64,000 nt of DNA from Antechinus flavipes (Eukaryota). A program made the translations under genes and the position numbers. Where the stretch lies: assembly GCF_016432865.1 (NCBI RefSeq), contig NC_067399.1, forward strand, positions 601,524,001 to 601,588,000, written 5' to 3'. Numbering within the stretch: position 1 is the first letter of the stretch; each line of letters starts with the position of its first letter. A model generated the notes under the pieces. That model had not been told where the DNA came from. It worked only from the letters and a program-made list of their open reading frames with translations, and made no database searches. Shown here piece after piece: positions 36,445 to 49,569 of this stretch.

Positions 36445-36840
36445 TACTTAAAGAAAAGAAATCTAAATATTCCCTGAAATGATGTTTGTTAGTGTCTTTG
36501 GGCACACAATGAAAGCAAGTCCTTTATTTGTCTTTTGGGGTACAATTTTCAAGTTGTTCTGTTTGGCTGCATCTTCTTTATGTCTGCGAGTTTCAGTGAG
36601 AGCAAAAATGTCTACACTGCTGTGGCTACAGTATATCAATTCATTCATCATTGGACAAATATTTTTAAAGCTTAGACAGAGCCTATAAAGTATTCATCAC
36701 CTGGTGGCCCACCTGTTGTTGATGAGCTAGGTAGGCTGGTCCTTAAACACAGGTGTAGTCAATCACTGGAAGCTTTAGGGCTTGAAAACTTGTCAGAGCT
36801 TGTATTTCTCTGACAAAGCTATGTCCTTGGCTGCCCCAGT
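36445..36840 (-). mobile_element. RTE-class LINE 5' region, AP-endonuclease fragment
   Basis: The minus-strand ORF 36463-36651 has VDIFALTETRR...GLAFIV, resembling APE motif I and the GVG/F-I-V motif. Related RTE 3' ends are at ~33560-33700 and 37790-37985. Confidence 0.6.
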
Positions 36841-37439
36841 GAAGTGATGGAGGAAGGCTTTCTAAACAATATGTTAGAAAGCGCAAAGATGCTGTATTTG
36901 GAGTTCACTGACCTGAATTCAAACCCTAGCTTTGCCACTTAATAGCTATAGCATGGGCAGAGTGATTTATACCTCTGTTTCCTAACTTGTAATATCAGGA
37001 CTTTGTATCAATTATCCCAAAATTTCTACCTCTAAATCTCAGGAGTTCCAGTTTTTTTGTTTCTTTTGTTTTTTGTTCTTTAAAAAAAAACATTCTTCGC
37101 TGCAAAAATTATTTTTCATCCTACAAGGATATGGGGAAAGTGACAGGTTGGGAAGTATAAATGATTCTATGATTTTAAACAAATAGTTTGAGAGCAGTCA
37201 AGCTTTTCCTACAGCAGATGGCAGGAGAGATCTGGGAGAGGTAGCTATGTTGCTTGAGAAATGATGAAGAGGGAGAAGGGCCAATTAGTACAAAATGGGG
37301 AGGGGGGGGGCTGGTTAAAACATCTGGAAAGACTGTGATATAAATGTATAAGCCTTTAGTAAAACTTATTTACACAGGGGAAAATACATGCCAAGTTAGA
37401 AAGTTAATAATAATATTAATAATAAATAATATCAATGGC

Positions 37440-37660
37440 TGTTTCTGCTTTTATCCTTCCTTCTCTTTTCCTCTTTTCTTCTCTCCTCTTTCTTTCCTTA
37501 ACTCCCTCCCCCTTCCTTTCTTCTCTTACTCCTTCCTTCCTTCTTTCTCTTTTTCCTACTTTTTTTGTCCTCCTTCCTCCTCTTGCCCTCTCTTTTTCCC
37601 TTTTCTTTCTCTTTACCCTTTGTTCTTTTTCTGTTTTGTGCTTCTACCTGTTATACTCCT
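37440..37660. repeat. CT-rich low-complexity tract
   Basis: Direct reading; explains the spurious F/S/L/P-rich ORFs. Confidence 0.85.
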
Positions 37661-37789
37661 CACCGTATCTCTTTGGGTGGTTACAATTAAAGTTGGAGAA
37701 AAGAAACAGAATACAGGATTTCATCAGAGAAATAAATAACCAGGTCCCCAAGAGAGAATGAGGATTAACTGATGTGTAGATTATATGTT

Positions 37790-37985
37790 CTACTGATATC
37801 CACAAAATGTTAAGAGGGCTAAAGAACATCTCCCAGCACACTGGGTAGAGTCTCTGTGGAAGATTTATGGAATTAGCTGAATAAGTACCTCACGATATGG
37901 GCAGGCATGGAAGGGCTGTGATCTGCCAGGTTGGAAGGGATACCCAGATTGATGAGATCATAGATCCTTCATACTATCAATATAC
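37790..37985 (+). mobile_element. RTE LINE 3' end
   Basis: ccagcacactgggtaga...gggcaggcatggaagggctgtgatctg...gattgatgagatcatagatcc. Confidence 0.6.
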
Positions 37986-38231
37986 TGAAGTGCTATATAC
38001 TGCCTAGAATGCCATTTTAAAGCATTTTTTTCTTTTAAAAACCTTTGATCTCAGGATTGCAGACAGTTGTTCTCATATGGCTCTAATCCCCATATACCTT
38101 TTCAAAGTAGAGGAACAATAATGGGAAATTCTCACATTTCATTGTAGAAGCTAAATCCTCAGTTAATGAAAATGAACAAAACACCCTGATTTTGTGCACT
38201 GATTATAAATGGACAGCTTTAGATCATCCCC

Positions 38232-38291
<60 letters not shown>
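38232..38291. repeat. Compound (TG)n(TA)n microsatellite
   Basis: Direct reading. Confidence 0.95.
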
Positions 38292-38294
<3 letters not shown>

Positions 38295-38787
38295 GTTTTG
38301 TCATATTTTTAGATAATTTTCTTTTCATCATCCCCTGAATTTCTTTCAAAATAATTTTTTCTTTTTTTTATAAATCTAAACATCCATTAAAATTATTGTA
38401 GAGAATCTTTAAAGTACAGCCCATGGACTTTACTATTGGTTTTATGAAACATGAATATTCCCATATTAGAATTATGATGTTTTAGAATTGGAAGGGGCCT
38501 CTGAGCTTGCCTAGTAGAAACCCATCTTTACTTTTTTTGATTTAAGTCATTGTGTTCTCATCATTGTAACCTTAGAGTTCACTTTACCTTTTTCTTTTCT
38601 CCCACTTTCCATATCCTATTGGGTCCTTTCCATTCCATTTTCAAAATAAGTCTTAGACTTTTCCCCCACCTTCCTATCAGTCAAATGTCAGGTATCACAC
38701 TACAGAAGGAGGATGCAAAGATGATAATGAAACAATAAGCAACCTTAAGATATTCTCTTTCAGATATGGTAATATGTATATATTTTC

Positions 38788-39474
38788 TTTTTTATATTTT
38801 CTAAATTATACCTTTTTATTGACAGAACATATGCATGGGTAATTTTTCAAAATTATCCTTTGCACTCATTTCTGTTCCAACTTTTCCCTTCCCTTCCTCC
38901 AACCCCTCCCCTAGATGGCAGGCAGTCTCATACATATTAAATATGTTAGGGTATATCCTTGATACAATATATGTGTGCAGATCCATACAGTTCTCTTGTT
39001 GCACAAGAAAAATCAGATTCAGAAGGTAAAAATAACCTGGGAAGAAAAACAAAAATACAAGTAGTCCACATTCATTTCCCAGTGTCTTTCTCTGAGTGAA
39101 GCTGATTCTGTCCATCATTGATTAATTGGAACTGAGTTAGATCTTCTCTTTGTCAAAGATATCCACTTCCATTAGAATACATCCTCATACGGTATTATTG
39201 AATTGTATAATGATCTCCTGGTTATGCTCATTTCACTTAGCATCAGTTCATGTAAGTCTCTCTAAGCCTCTCTGTATTCATCCTGCTGGTCATTTCTTAC
39301 AGAACAATAATATTCCATAACATTCACATACCAGAATTTACCCAACTATTCTCCAATTGATGGGCGTCCACTCAGTTTCCAGCTTCTAGCCACTACAAAC
39401 AGGGCTGCCACAAACATTTTGGCACATACAGGTCCCTTTCCCTTCTTTAGTATCTCTTTGGAAAATAAGCCCAG
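38788..39474 (-). mobile_element. Young L1 3' end (~690 bp), 3' half of a chimeric insertion
   Basis: Reverse copy of the same ORF2 end/3'UTR as 35150-35822; T-rich tail at the left. Confidence 0.92.
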
Positions 39475-39619
39475 ATTTTTTTTTTCCTGAGGCAATTGGG
39501 TTAAGTGACTTGCCCAGGCTCACACAGCTAGGAAATCTTAAGTGTCTGAGACCAGATTTGAACTCAGGTCCTCCTGACTTCAGGGCTGGTGTTCTATCTA
39601 GTGTGCCACCTAGCCACCC
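39475..39619 (-). mobile_element. WSINE1-like SINE, full length, 5' half of the chimeric insertion
   Basis: T10 tail, then cctgaggcaattggggttaagtgacttgcccagg...gaactcaggtcctcctgacttcagggctggtgttctatc...ccacctagccaccc. Confidence 0.88.
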
Positions 39620-39769
39620 TATATATTTTCAAAAATAAATTAAAGATAATTTCAGCAATTGGGGTAAAGAGGTCCTCATGATCATTCCCTTCCCTAGCCT
39701 TAACTAGACAGTAATGAGAGCTTCATCTTACATTTTCCTGCCCAAATCCAATCTATACATCAATCTATA

Positions 39770-40016
39770 AAATGTATTATTTGTCTCAACAATCTTATTT
39801 ATCTATAGCTTAAAATGGCCAGGGTTTCCCATTACATCCAGGGCCAAATGTAGTTATCTTTATATCTGGCCACTGGACCCAGATGTCTTTGGAGGGAAAA
39901 GTGAGGCAGATGACTTTGCACAGCTCTCCCTCATTTAAATCCAATTCACTTACATGAATTGCATCCCCTTCCTGATGTCATGGTCTTCTTTGAGAACAAA
40001 TGGCAAACAACAACTT
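39770..40016 (+). mobile_element. RTE-mobilised marsupial SINE 3' part
   Basis: Reverse complement of the 10975 element; ends ggcaaacaacaac. Confidence 0.7.
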
Positions 40017-40208
40017 ACTTATATACATATACATATAATACCTATATATTACCCATATGACCATAAGAGTCATAGATATAGTATTGGAACATAATTCAAA
40101 GGCTATCCAGTCTAACCAGTCTTTTTGTTTTACAGATATGGAAAGTGAGGTTAAGTAATCTATCCAAATTTACGCAAATAGAAAATGTCACAAATGGAAT
40201 TAGAACCC

Positions 40209-43200
40209 TTTTTTTTTCTTTTTTTCTTCTGTTTTAATATTTTCCCCAGTTACATGTAAAACAATATTTTACATTTGTTTTTAAAACTTTGAGTTCCAGA
40301 TTCTTTCCCTTCTTCCTCACCCTACCCTACCCCATTAAAAAGGTACATGTGAAGTTATGTAAAACATTTCCATAAAAGTCATGTTGCAAAAGAAAACAGA
40401 TATTCCCTGCCCCCCAAAAAAATCTTCAAGAAAAATAAAATTTTTAAAAAGTATGCTTCAGTGTGTACCCAGACACAATCAGTCTTTTCTCTGGATAGGG
40501 ACAGCACTTTTCATCATAAGTCCTTCACAATAGTCTTAAGTCACTGTATTGCTGAGAATAGGAAAGCCATTCATAGCTGACCATCCTACAACTTTGCTAT
40601 TATTTTCTGCACAATGCATTGCACTTTGAGTTCATGGTAGACTTTCCAGGTGTTTTTGAGAGCTTCCTGCTCATCATTTCCCATAGAACAATAATATTCC
40701 ATCATAATTAAATACCACAATTTATTCAGCCATTTTCCAACTAATAAACATCCTCTCAATTTCCAATCTTTGTCTTGAGAAAGGAGCTGCTATAAATATT
40801 TCTGTACATATAGGTCATTTTCCTTTTTTTTTTTAAATCTCTTTTTAAAATCACATCCAGCAGTGTTATTGTGAGGTTAACGGATATGAATATTTTTTAG
40901 CCCTTTCAGAATAGTTCATATTTTAAAATCATTTATCAATTGAGGAATGGCTTGTATTCATAAATTTGATTCCATTCTCTATGGTTTGAAAAATGGGGCT
41001 TTCATCAAAGAAATCTACTTCAAAATTATTTTTGTAATCACTATTGCTAATCAATTTCCCCTGTTTATTCTCTTCTCTCTCTCCTTTCACCCTGTCGTCC
41101 CTCAAAAGTGTTTTGCTTCTGACCACTCTCACTCCCAATATGACCTCCTCTTATTCTCCTCCCCCATTCTAGTATCTCCTTCCCCTCCTATTTCCCTGCT
41201 GGTATGATAGAGTTCCATACCCATATTAAGTGTGTATATTATGTCCTCTTTTAGCCAATGCTGATGAGAATAAGAAGTACTCATTTTCTTAATTAATTTC
41301 AGTGTATACCTCACTATACTGTTCTTCTTCAACCTTCCCAATTTCCTGCATCTCCAAATACATGCTGTCTTCTTTTGCTTATACCTTCCTCTGTTAAATG
41401 CCCATTTATAGTGCATAGTCTGTTGCTAATAATTCTTCCTCAAGAAAATCTTGTATGATTCTTCTCCCTACTCTATCTTTTGTCATTGATAATAACCTTC
41501 ATTCAAACCTCACAAAACATTTTGTTTGTACTTCTCTCATACATTTATTTCCATGTGATTTTAGATATTACATCTATCTCTTGTTTGTCTTGGTATTTGA
41601 TTGTAAGTTTATTGTAAGGTCAAGAACTTTGCATATCTAAATATTGTGTCCCACCCTCTCAAGTGACATCAGTGATTATTTCTAATTCTTTGCCACCACA
41701 AAAAGAGTTACTACAAATTTTCTTGTACATATAGGTCCTTTCCCCTTGGAGTATAGGCCTGGTAGGTGGTATTTCACTGCAGTTTCATATCCCTTTAGGC
41801 ATAGTTTCAAATTGTTCTCTGTAATGGTTAGATTAATTTACAACTCTTCCAATAAGGCATTAGGGTTTTTAATAGGGATGATTGCTGTATTTTGTCCAAA
41901 ACTTTTTCTATCTATTGATATAATCATATGATTATTCTTTGTTGATTTTGATGTTGATATGATCAATTATGTTTGTATTTTTCCTAGTAGTGAAGTAACA
42001 ACATTCTTAAACATAAATCCAAATTATTCATAGTGTATTATCTTTGTGATTTGTTGCTCTAATTTTCTTGCTAATATTTTATTTAAAGGTTTTTTGTATT
42101 AGTATTCATTAGGGAAATTGGTCTATAATTTTCTTTCTCTTATATTTTTTTTCTTTCTCAGGTGTAGATATCAAAACCATATTTACATCAAAGAAGGAAT
42201 TTAGTAGGATTCCTTCTGAACTTTTTTTCAAAAAGTTTTTGTAATTTAAATTAATGGTTTTTCAAATGTCTGGTAGAATTTGCTTATAAATTCATTTGGT
42301 CATCTTGCCCTTGATTGTTTGTTGTTTGTTTTTCCCTCGGGGAGATCATTCAGTTAATTTTTCTAATACAGGGTTAAGTACTCTATTTTCTGTTGATCTG
42401 AGGAATTTATATTTTTAAAATTTCATTTAGTTTTATTGGCATATAATTTGGGCAACGTAGCTTCTATTATTTGCTTTAATTTCATTTTCATTACTGGTAT
42501 ATGTACCATTTTCATTTCTGATATATGTAATTTGGTTGGCTTCCTTTTTAAAGTCAAATTAGCCAATGGTTTATTTTTTTATTTTTAAATAAGCTTTTAC
42601 TTTTATTAGTTTACTTTTTTATCTTCAATTTTATTAATGTCTCTTTTGATTTAAGGATTTGTATTTTGGTGTTTAATTGAAGAATTTTAATTTATTTTTT
42701 CTAATCTTTTTAATTGTATGCTTAATTCTTTGATCTGTTTTCTTTCTTATATTGATATAAATATTTAGAGAAATACAATTTTCCCCAACTACTGCATTAG
42801 ATGCACCCCACAAATCTTGGCATGTTGTCTCATTGTCAATATTATTAAAGCTATTGATTGTTTCTATGATTTGTTCTTTAACTCACACATTTGTAAAGAT
42901 CAGATAATTTAGTTAGCAATTAATTTTTAATTAATCTGTACTTCAAAGATCCTTTATTGAATGTAATTTTATGTATTTTGCTTTGAAAAGGATGTATTTA
43001 ATATTTATGCTTTTCTACATTTATTTGTAAAGATTTAATATATTAATATGTGATTAATTTTTGTGAAGGTGCTTATATATAAGCTTATATAGTTTAGAAA
43101 AAGGTATGCTCGTGTTTCTATTGGGCTTATACCCCAAAGAGATACTAAAAAAGGGAAAGGGACCTTGTATGTGCCAAAATGTTTGTAGCAGCCCTGTTTG

Positions 43201-44640
43201 TAGTAGCTAGAAACTGGAAAATGAATGTATGCTCATCAATTGGAGAATGGCTGGGTAAATTGTGGCATATGAATGTTATGGAATATTATTGCTCTGTAAG
43301 GAATGACCAGCAGGATGAATACAGAGAGGCTTGGAGAGACCTACATGGACTGATGCTAAGTGAGATGAGCAGAACCAGGAGATCATTATACACTTTGACA
43401 ACGATATTGTATGAGGATGTATTCTGATGGAAGTGGATTTCTATCTCAAAGAGACCTAACTGAGTTTCAATGGATAAATGATGGATAGAAACAGCTACAC
43501 CCAAAGAAGGAATACTGGGAAATGAATGTGAACTATTTGCATTTTTTATTTTCTTCCCGAGTTATTTTTACCTTCTGAATCCAATCCTCCCTGTGTAACA
43601 GGAGAACTGTTCAGTTCTGCAAATATGTATTGTATCTAGGATATACTAAAACATATTTAACACATATAGGACTGCTTGCCATCTTGGGGGGGGGTGGAGG
43701 GAGAGAGGGAAAAAATGAAACATAAGCGAGTGCAAGGGATAATGTTGTAAAAAATTACCCTGGCATGGATTCTGTCAATACAAAGTTATTATTAAATAAA
43801 ATAAAATTTAAATTAAAAAAAAAAAAAGGTATGCTCATTTCTGTTCTTTTTCAATAGTCACCAGAAGTCTATCATATCTAACTTTTCTAAAATCCTTAGT
43901 TTCTTTCTTGTTTATTTTATGGTTAAATTTATGTAAGTTTTAGAGGGGTAAATTGAAGTTCCCCATTAGAATAGCTTTACTGTCTATTTCCTCCTATAAC
44001 TCCTTTAACTTTTATTTAAGATTTTTGGATGCCATGCTATTTGATATATATGTATTCAGTACTGATGCTGTCTGTGGTGCCTTTTAGCAAAATGTAGCTT
44101 TTCTAATTATTTCTTTTCATAAGTTCTAATTTTGCTTTTACTTTGTTTCAGATCATGATTTCTGCTCCTACCTTTTTCATCTCAGTCGAAGCATAACAGA
44201 TTCTGTATGTGTATTCTATTTAAAATGTGTCTCTTGTAAACAACATTTTTGTTATGTTCTGTTTTCCAATCCATCCTTTTATCCTTTTCTATTTAATGGG
44301 TGAGTTCATCCATTCACATTTAGTTATGATTGCTAACTGTGCATTTTTCTTCATCCTGTTCTCTTCTATTTATTCTTTTCTTTCTTTACCTGTGCCTCCT
44401 CAAAAGTCTGTCTTGCTTTTGACCTTTGCCTCAAATTAATTTATCCTCCCTCTTATAAACCCTCCTCTCTTTATCTTATCCTTTTCCTCTCTTTCTTCCA
44501 TGTTAGGTACGATGAATTTCTATACCCAACTGTATGCATATCTTCCCTCTATGAACCATTTCAGATGAGAACAAAGTTCAGACATTGCCTGTTCTCTTCA
44601 TCTGCCATTTTCCCCTCCATTGTAAAAACTCTTCCTATGC
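40209..44640 (-). mobile_element. Old degenerate L1 (3'UTR and ORF2 remnants), probably a mosaic of pieces
   Basis: Poly(T) at 40209, L1 3'UTR, then reverse ORF2-like sequence (ggtctataattttct, catcaaagaaggaatttagtagg); interrupted by the young L1 at 43112. Confidence 0.7.
43112..43822 (+). mobile_element. Young 5'-truncated L1 (~710 bp) with 14-bp TSD
   Basis: TSD AAAAAGGTATGCTC at 43098-43111 and 43823-43836; ORF2 end MFVAALFVVARNWK...; poly(A). Confidence 0.95.
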
Positions 44641-44759
44641 ATATGTATAAAATTCCCAAGTACTTTTTTTTTTTTAAATGACACTCATCATAAAACTAAC
44701 TGGACTAATTGGTGTCTCTATCCTAAGTTATTTCTTCTCTGAAATCATGATTTCATTTG

Positions 44760-44980
44760 AGTCCTTTTCCTGACTGACTGTCTCCTTTTTTCCTTCCCCC
44801 TTTACCTTCTTCCTCCTCTTTCTCCTCCTCCATCTCAATCTCATCCTGATCCTTGTCCCTGTTCCTTGTCCATCCTCTTCCTCTTTGCACTTTGTCTAAC
44901 TCCCTTGTCTTCATCCTCCCCCCTTCTCTCTCTTTCTCTCTCTCTCTCTTTCTCTCTCTCTCTTTCTCTCTCTCTCTCCA
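44760..44980. repeat. Polypyrimidine tract with (CT)n microsatellite
   Basis: Direct reading. Confidence 0.9.
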
Positions 44981-46272
44981 TCTCCTGTTAGACTTTTTTT
45001 CACATGTAGAGATAATAGAGATAATTGCAAAGTATATTAAATATACACTCATCTAGATATATAGGTATATATTCCTGGTTGTTACAGAAATCAATATGGC
45101 GTGTGGAGAGATTCCAATAAGGAAGCAAATGTTGGCCAACTCATCTGATACATACACTGTTTCTCCTCTCCCAAAACAACAGAAGTTGAGTGTTTTTTTT
45201 TTTTTAAGTTTCCACTGAATATAAGATCACTAAAGGGAATGATCATAGAGAGGTTCCATTTAATATTCCTATGGGGTAGCATTAACCATAAGTCTATATC
45301 AAAAGCTGCTTGGTACAAAATAGCTATGGATGTACTTCATGACTAAGTACTGCAGATTTCTACTTCAAGAATGAAAGTTAGGACAAACGTGCTATTATTT
45401 TGTTGTCTCATTATAGGAATAATTGAGCAGAAAAGGTTGGTTGAGAAAATTGTTTTGAAAATATGGGCTCTTCCAGATGAAGGTTTCTGCCCTATAGAGT
45501 CCATGAGAGGTCATTAGCTACTTAAGCTGTGCAACTAAGAGAAAGATAGCACAATCGATCTATCTAAATATTCAGTCTGGACTCAGCAAGAGAGGTATAC
45601 GAAACTGTACAAGTTCAAAAACAAAACTCTGGGAATTGTTACCACTTACTCAGACAAGGATGAAGGAAAAACATTTCTGAGGAAATTTCAAAGTATTGAA
45701 ATTCTCACAACCAAATCAGCACTACACTCTACCCTGAATCCAAGTCAAGGAGACAAGTCTTTTCATCCTCTACAGACTGAACAAAGCTCACAGAGGTGGC
45801 ACAAAGTTCACTTGTTGCCAGAACATGCATTATTCACACATTCATTGAAGCCTAGTTTGCTCAGGTAGAAGAAAGGAGGCATTGAAGGTTGGAGCAGGAA
45901 AGAGTACTTCTGCTTGACAGTTTACAGAACTTCTTACTTCAGAATATGCTTGTATATACTTGTCCTGCTGGCAAGCAATGAATTGTTAGTTGGCTGGCTT
46001 GTTAGGAGATTAAGCTTTAAAAAAAAAAAAAAGATGAAAAAAAGTCTTCAGAGGAAAGATTGAATATAACTGGCCCCCTAGGAAGAGGCAGCAATAACTA
46101 ATGGGCACTACATCTGTCTAATTAATCTTCTTGTCAACAAAATGGTTATTTAGCTGTGCCAACCATGACATCACCCCACAAATATATTAGCTTGGTTACT
46201 TCTAAGCATGTAAAGGATTAAGTTGACCCAACCCAGCACATCTCAAAACGACCTGTATGTTCCCTGTGATTT

Positions 46273-46318
46273 TGAGTCATAGACTACTGTTAACCAATGG
46301 CTGGATTGAGGGGCGGGG
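46273..46318. promoter_or_regulatory. Candidate AP-1 / CCAAT / GC-box cluster
   Basis: TGAGTCA 46273-46279, AACCAATGG 46292-46300, GGGGCGGGG 46310-46318, in sequence I cannot assign to a repeat. Confidence 0.3.
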
Positions 46319-48769
46319 GAGGTCCAGATCCAGATTGGATGACAAAGGACTCTTGGCATTTTCATGAAGGCAAATGGGGAGGGGATTATGGGAACTTGCT
46401 ATATATTTTAATTCAGAGGCCTGTGCTTGACTTCCCAAAATTGCCAAGGTGATGGGATTAGCTGGTCTAGATCCAGAATATTGGTAAGAATCTGGGAATT
46501 GGCTTTAGTTTTCTTGTATGTAAGATAAAGAAGTTGTAGTAGATAAGCTTTAATTCTAGGATTCTAGGATTGTTCAATCCAAATATTCTGTGAAGCCCTT
46601 AGGTTTTCTGATTTCAAATGGCAAGAAAACATCTTCAGTTTTACATGAAAGAGATAATTATTTAGCTTACATGGGAGGACCATTTTACAGATTAGGAAAC
46701 TGAGACTAAGAATGGTCAAGTTGCTTTGCCATGTCACTTGAGTAATAATAAACAGCAATCAGGATTCTGAGGTACTTTGACTCCAAATCCAGTATTCTTT
46801 CTCCTGTGCTATGACCTAGAGTCAGAAGCTTTCCCTTCCCCATTGTGACCTTTCTCACATTGCTTCATCCCTCTGGGTAACATGTTCTCTATCTTTAAAA
46901 GGGTCTGAGTGAAATGACCTTTAAAATTCTTTCACATTTTAATCCAATATGATTGACTATTCCCAGTCTGTCTAAAGTAACCAGGGAATTCCAGGATATT
47001 TGATTTAGGATTCCAAGAAAATATCTTTAAGCTTCTCATATTCCTTAGAAGAGATACTGACTTACACCAGAAGTAAGGCTAGAAAACGAGGGGATTTAAC
47101 CCTAATACCACAACACCAAGTAAGAGGCTGATAAAGAATTTTAATTCACGGTAATCATTTTGCTCCTCCTTTTGAAAGCATGTATTCCAGCAGGGAATGA
47201 AAGGATTATTTCCCATCTGGCTTCATCCCCACCTCACTAGAGTGAGTCTTTAAGAAGCTTCTGTTCTTTTAGGAATGTCCAGAATTATCCAAAGCCATCC
47301 CAGCTTCATTAGGAGAGGTCCCCATACTTCTACTCAGAAGCCACAAGATGGCAATGTTTCTGAACCTTTTGCCTGCTGCTGCCCAAATTAATTGGCAGCT
47401 CTCAAGGTATTGTTGCATTTCTGAAGGAATAAAGGTCACTAGGCTTCAATCCAGAGATTGGAAAGGGGCTGGTTTGCATCCCTCTCCCCTCCCCTCCTTG
47501 TAACACAATCTTGGTTGCTTAAGTAAAACTGTGCTCTGCTGCCTGATGAGTTTTAGCCATAGCAGAGATGCTCTGGGATAATTAGGGGAATGGTTACAAG
47601 TTTGTGCTGCAATTTTCATCCTTGACTCCCCCCATTGCTAACCTCCAACCCCTCCCCAGTACAGGCTTGGTAAAGATTATCCAGGACAAGCAGCTGTGGG
47701 AAATGCATTGATTACCCTGGCTTGTTCAGTCCTTGGCAGAGAGAGAGCAGCTTTGTTTACTTTTTACTAGTAGTTGTGGTACAACTGACTTTCCCTCATT
47801 CTCTCACTCTTCTTTTCTCCCTGCCCCCCAATTTGGTATCTGGCTAGCTGGAGGCAGCCCAAATCAGGAAGGGACAGAATAACTGAACCACATTCCTCCT
47901 CCCTGGGAACCCACAGGAGGTCAGTGAACAAGTATATACCCCTTAAGGACTTCTGTCTGGCTGCTTCCTAGTTAATTAGTAGCTAGGGTGGTCAGTTATC
48001 CACTTTATATCGGAATGTAAATCATTTCCCCTTTCTACTCCCTACATGGAAGAGATGTGGATTCTAATCAATAAAGTAGCCACCACTTCCAACTTTGTTG
48101 CATTCACTAGACACATTGACTAAGAAAGTGTCCACATTCTATCAGATCCAGGAGCTAAACACAGAGTTAATTCTTAGAACTGACAGGTCTGTATTTTCAT
48201 ATTCCTTTAATGTATATCTACATGTTCATATAGAATATGTATAAGTAGTAAAGAAATACATTTGCAAAAAAAGTATGTGTCTGAACATAACCATTTTTTT
48301 TTTCATTTTAATCAGCTAAGATTTCACTGTTAAAAGGAAATAACCAAATTTAAGGATTCCTCTAAATGGATATCTATAACTCCTCTGCAATTTTGTTGCC
48401 TGGGGGCACTGAGAGATTGGGTGGCTTGCCTGGGGTCACCCAACTAGAATTCTTTAGTCATCACATCATTTTGAATTCTTGTCTAATCAGAGAAACAAGA
48501 ATATTGTCTCTTAATATAACACAATGGGGTGCAATACAATTCATATAATGCAATTAGTTGAAAATGGAGAACTATAATGTGAAATTAGATTTAAGCTATA
48601 TAATCAGCCCTCAAGAGAAATAGGATCAAAAATTTATTTTTTGTCCTCACCCATTCAACCATCATTTATTCAGTAGCTACTGTGTTTCTTTAAGACATTG
48701 GGCTAGAGAGTGGGAATACAAAAGCAAAAAGAAAAAGTGTCTCTGCCAGTGATGAGTTTACAATCAACT

Positions 48770-48905
48770 GCCCAGCTTCTTAAACTGGGTCTAAACTGGA
48801 GTTAGAACCCCATTTGGGGTCTCATAACTAAATGTGAAGATTGTGAAATTATGACATTATCTGTAAATGTTTATTTTATATACCTATATGCCTACTGTCA
48901 TGAAA
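48770..48905. mobile_element. hAT-Charlie-type MITE fragment (opposite orientation to the 54787 element)
   Basis: cagcttcttaaactggg...accccatttggggtctcataactaaatgtg...atatacctatat. Confidence 0.55.
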
Positions 48906-49569
48906 TATTAACTTGATGGCTTATAGAACCCAACACTTTATATATTCCCCCTTTTTTTGGATCACTTTTAGGAGAAAATTGTCTCTTTAAGCATGTACAG
49001 ACATCTTAAAAGATGAGTTCCAACCATGTGCTATGCCAAAGATTGTCATAATCGACTGGTTGTTGAGAAAAACTCATTGTAAGATGCCCATAAGTTACCA
49101 TTAATTCTTCTGAGAAGTGATGCTTCCTAAATAAAGTGAAGAGTTACACACTTTTTACAAAAGGATCAAAAATTCTTTTTTTGACATCCAGGTCTATAGT
49201 CTTCCTACTATTCCATACCCTCTGCTCACTTATTTGAAATAATATCAAATGTAACAAAATTCTAATAATCAGAAATAGGAATTAGACTTATAATGTGGAG
49301 AATTCTTAAGTGGAAAAAATTCCATCTACCATTGCAGGTCATCAACTTCTCCAAAATTAATCTTCTTGAAGTGTTGGCTAGTTAATTTCTTCAAGAGTTA
49401 AATGATTTTTCCAAGACCCATAGCCTTTGAGACTCCATGGCTGCAAGGCCAGCTCTTCTTCCATGGTGCCATGCTGCCTCTCATTTACATATGTTGTAAA
49501 GTTTACAGAATGCTTTCCTGATGGTAAGGACTAAAATATTTGTTATTATTTTTGTTGTCATTTTATATA

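Noticed and set aside
37344-37761. Hydrophobic 108-131 aa ORFs (also 30371-30745 and 44753-45056)
   Set aside because: They are products of CT-rich low-complexity DNA or antisense L1 sequence.
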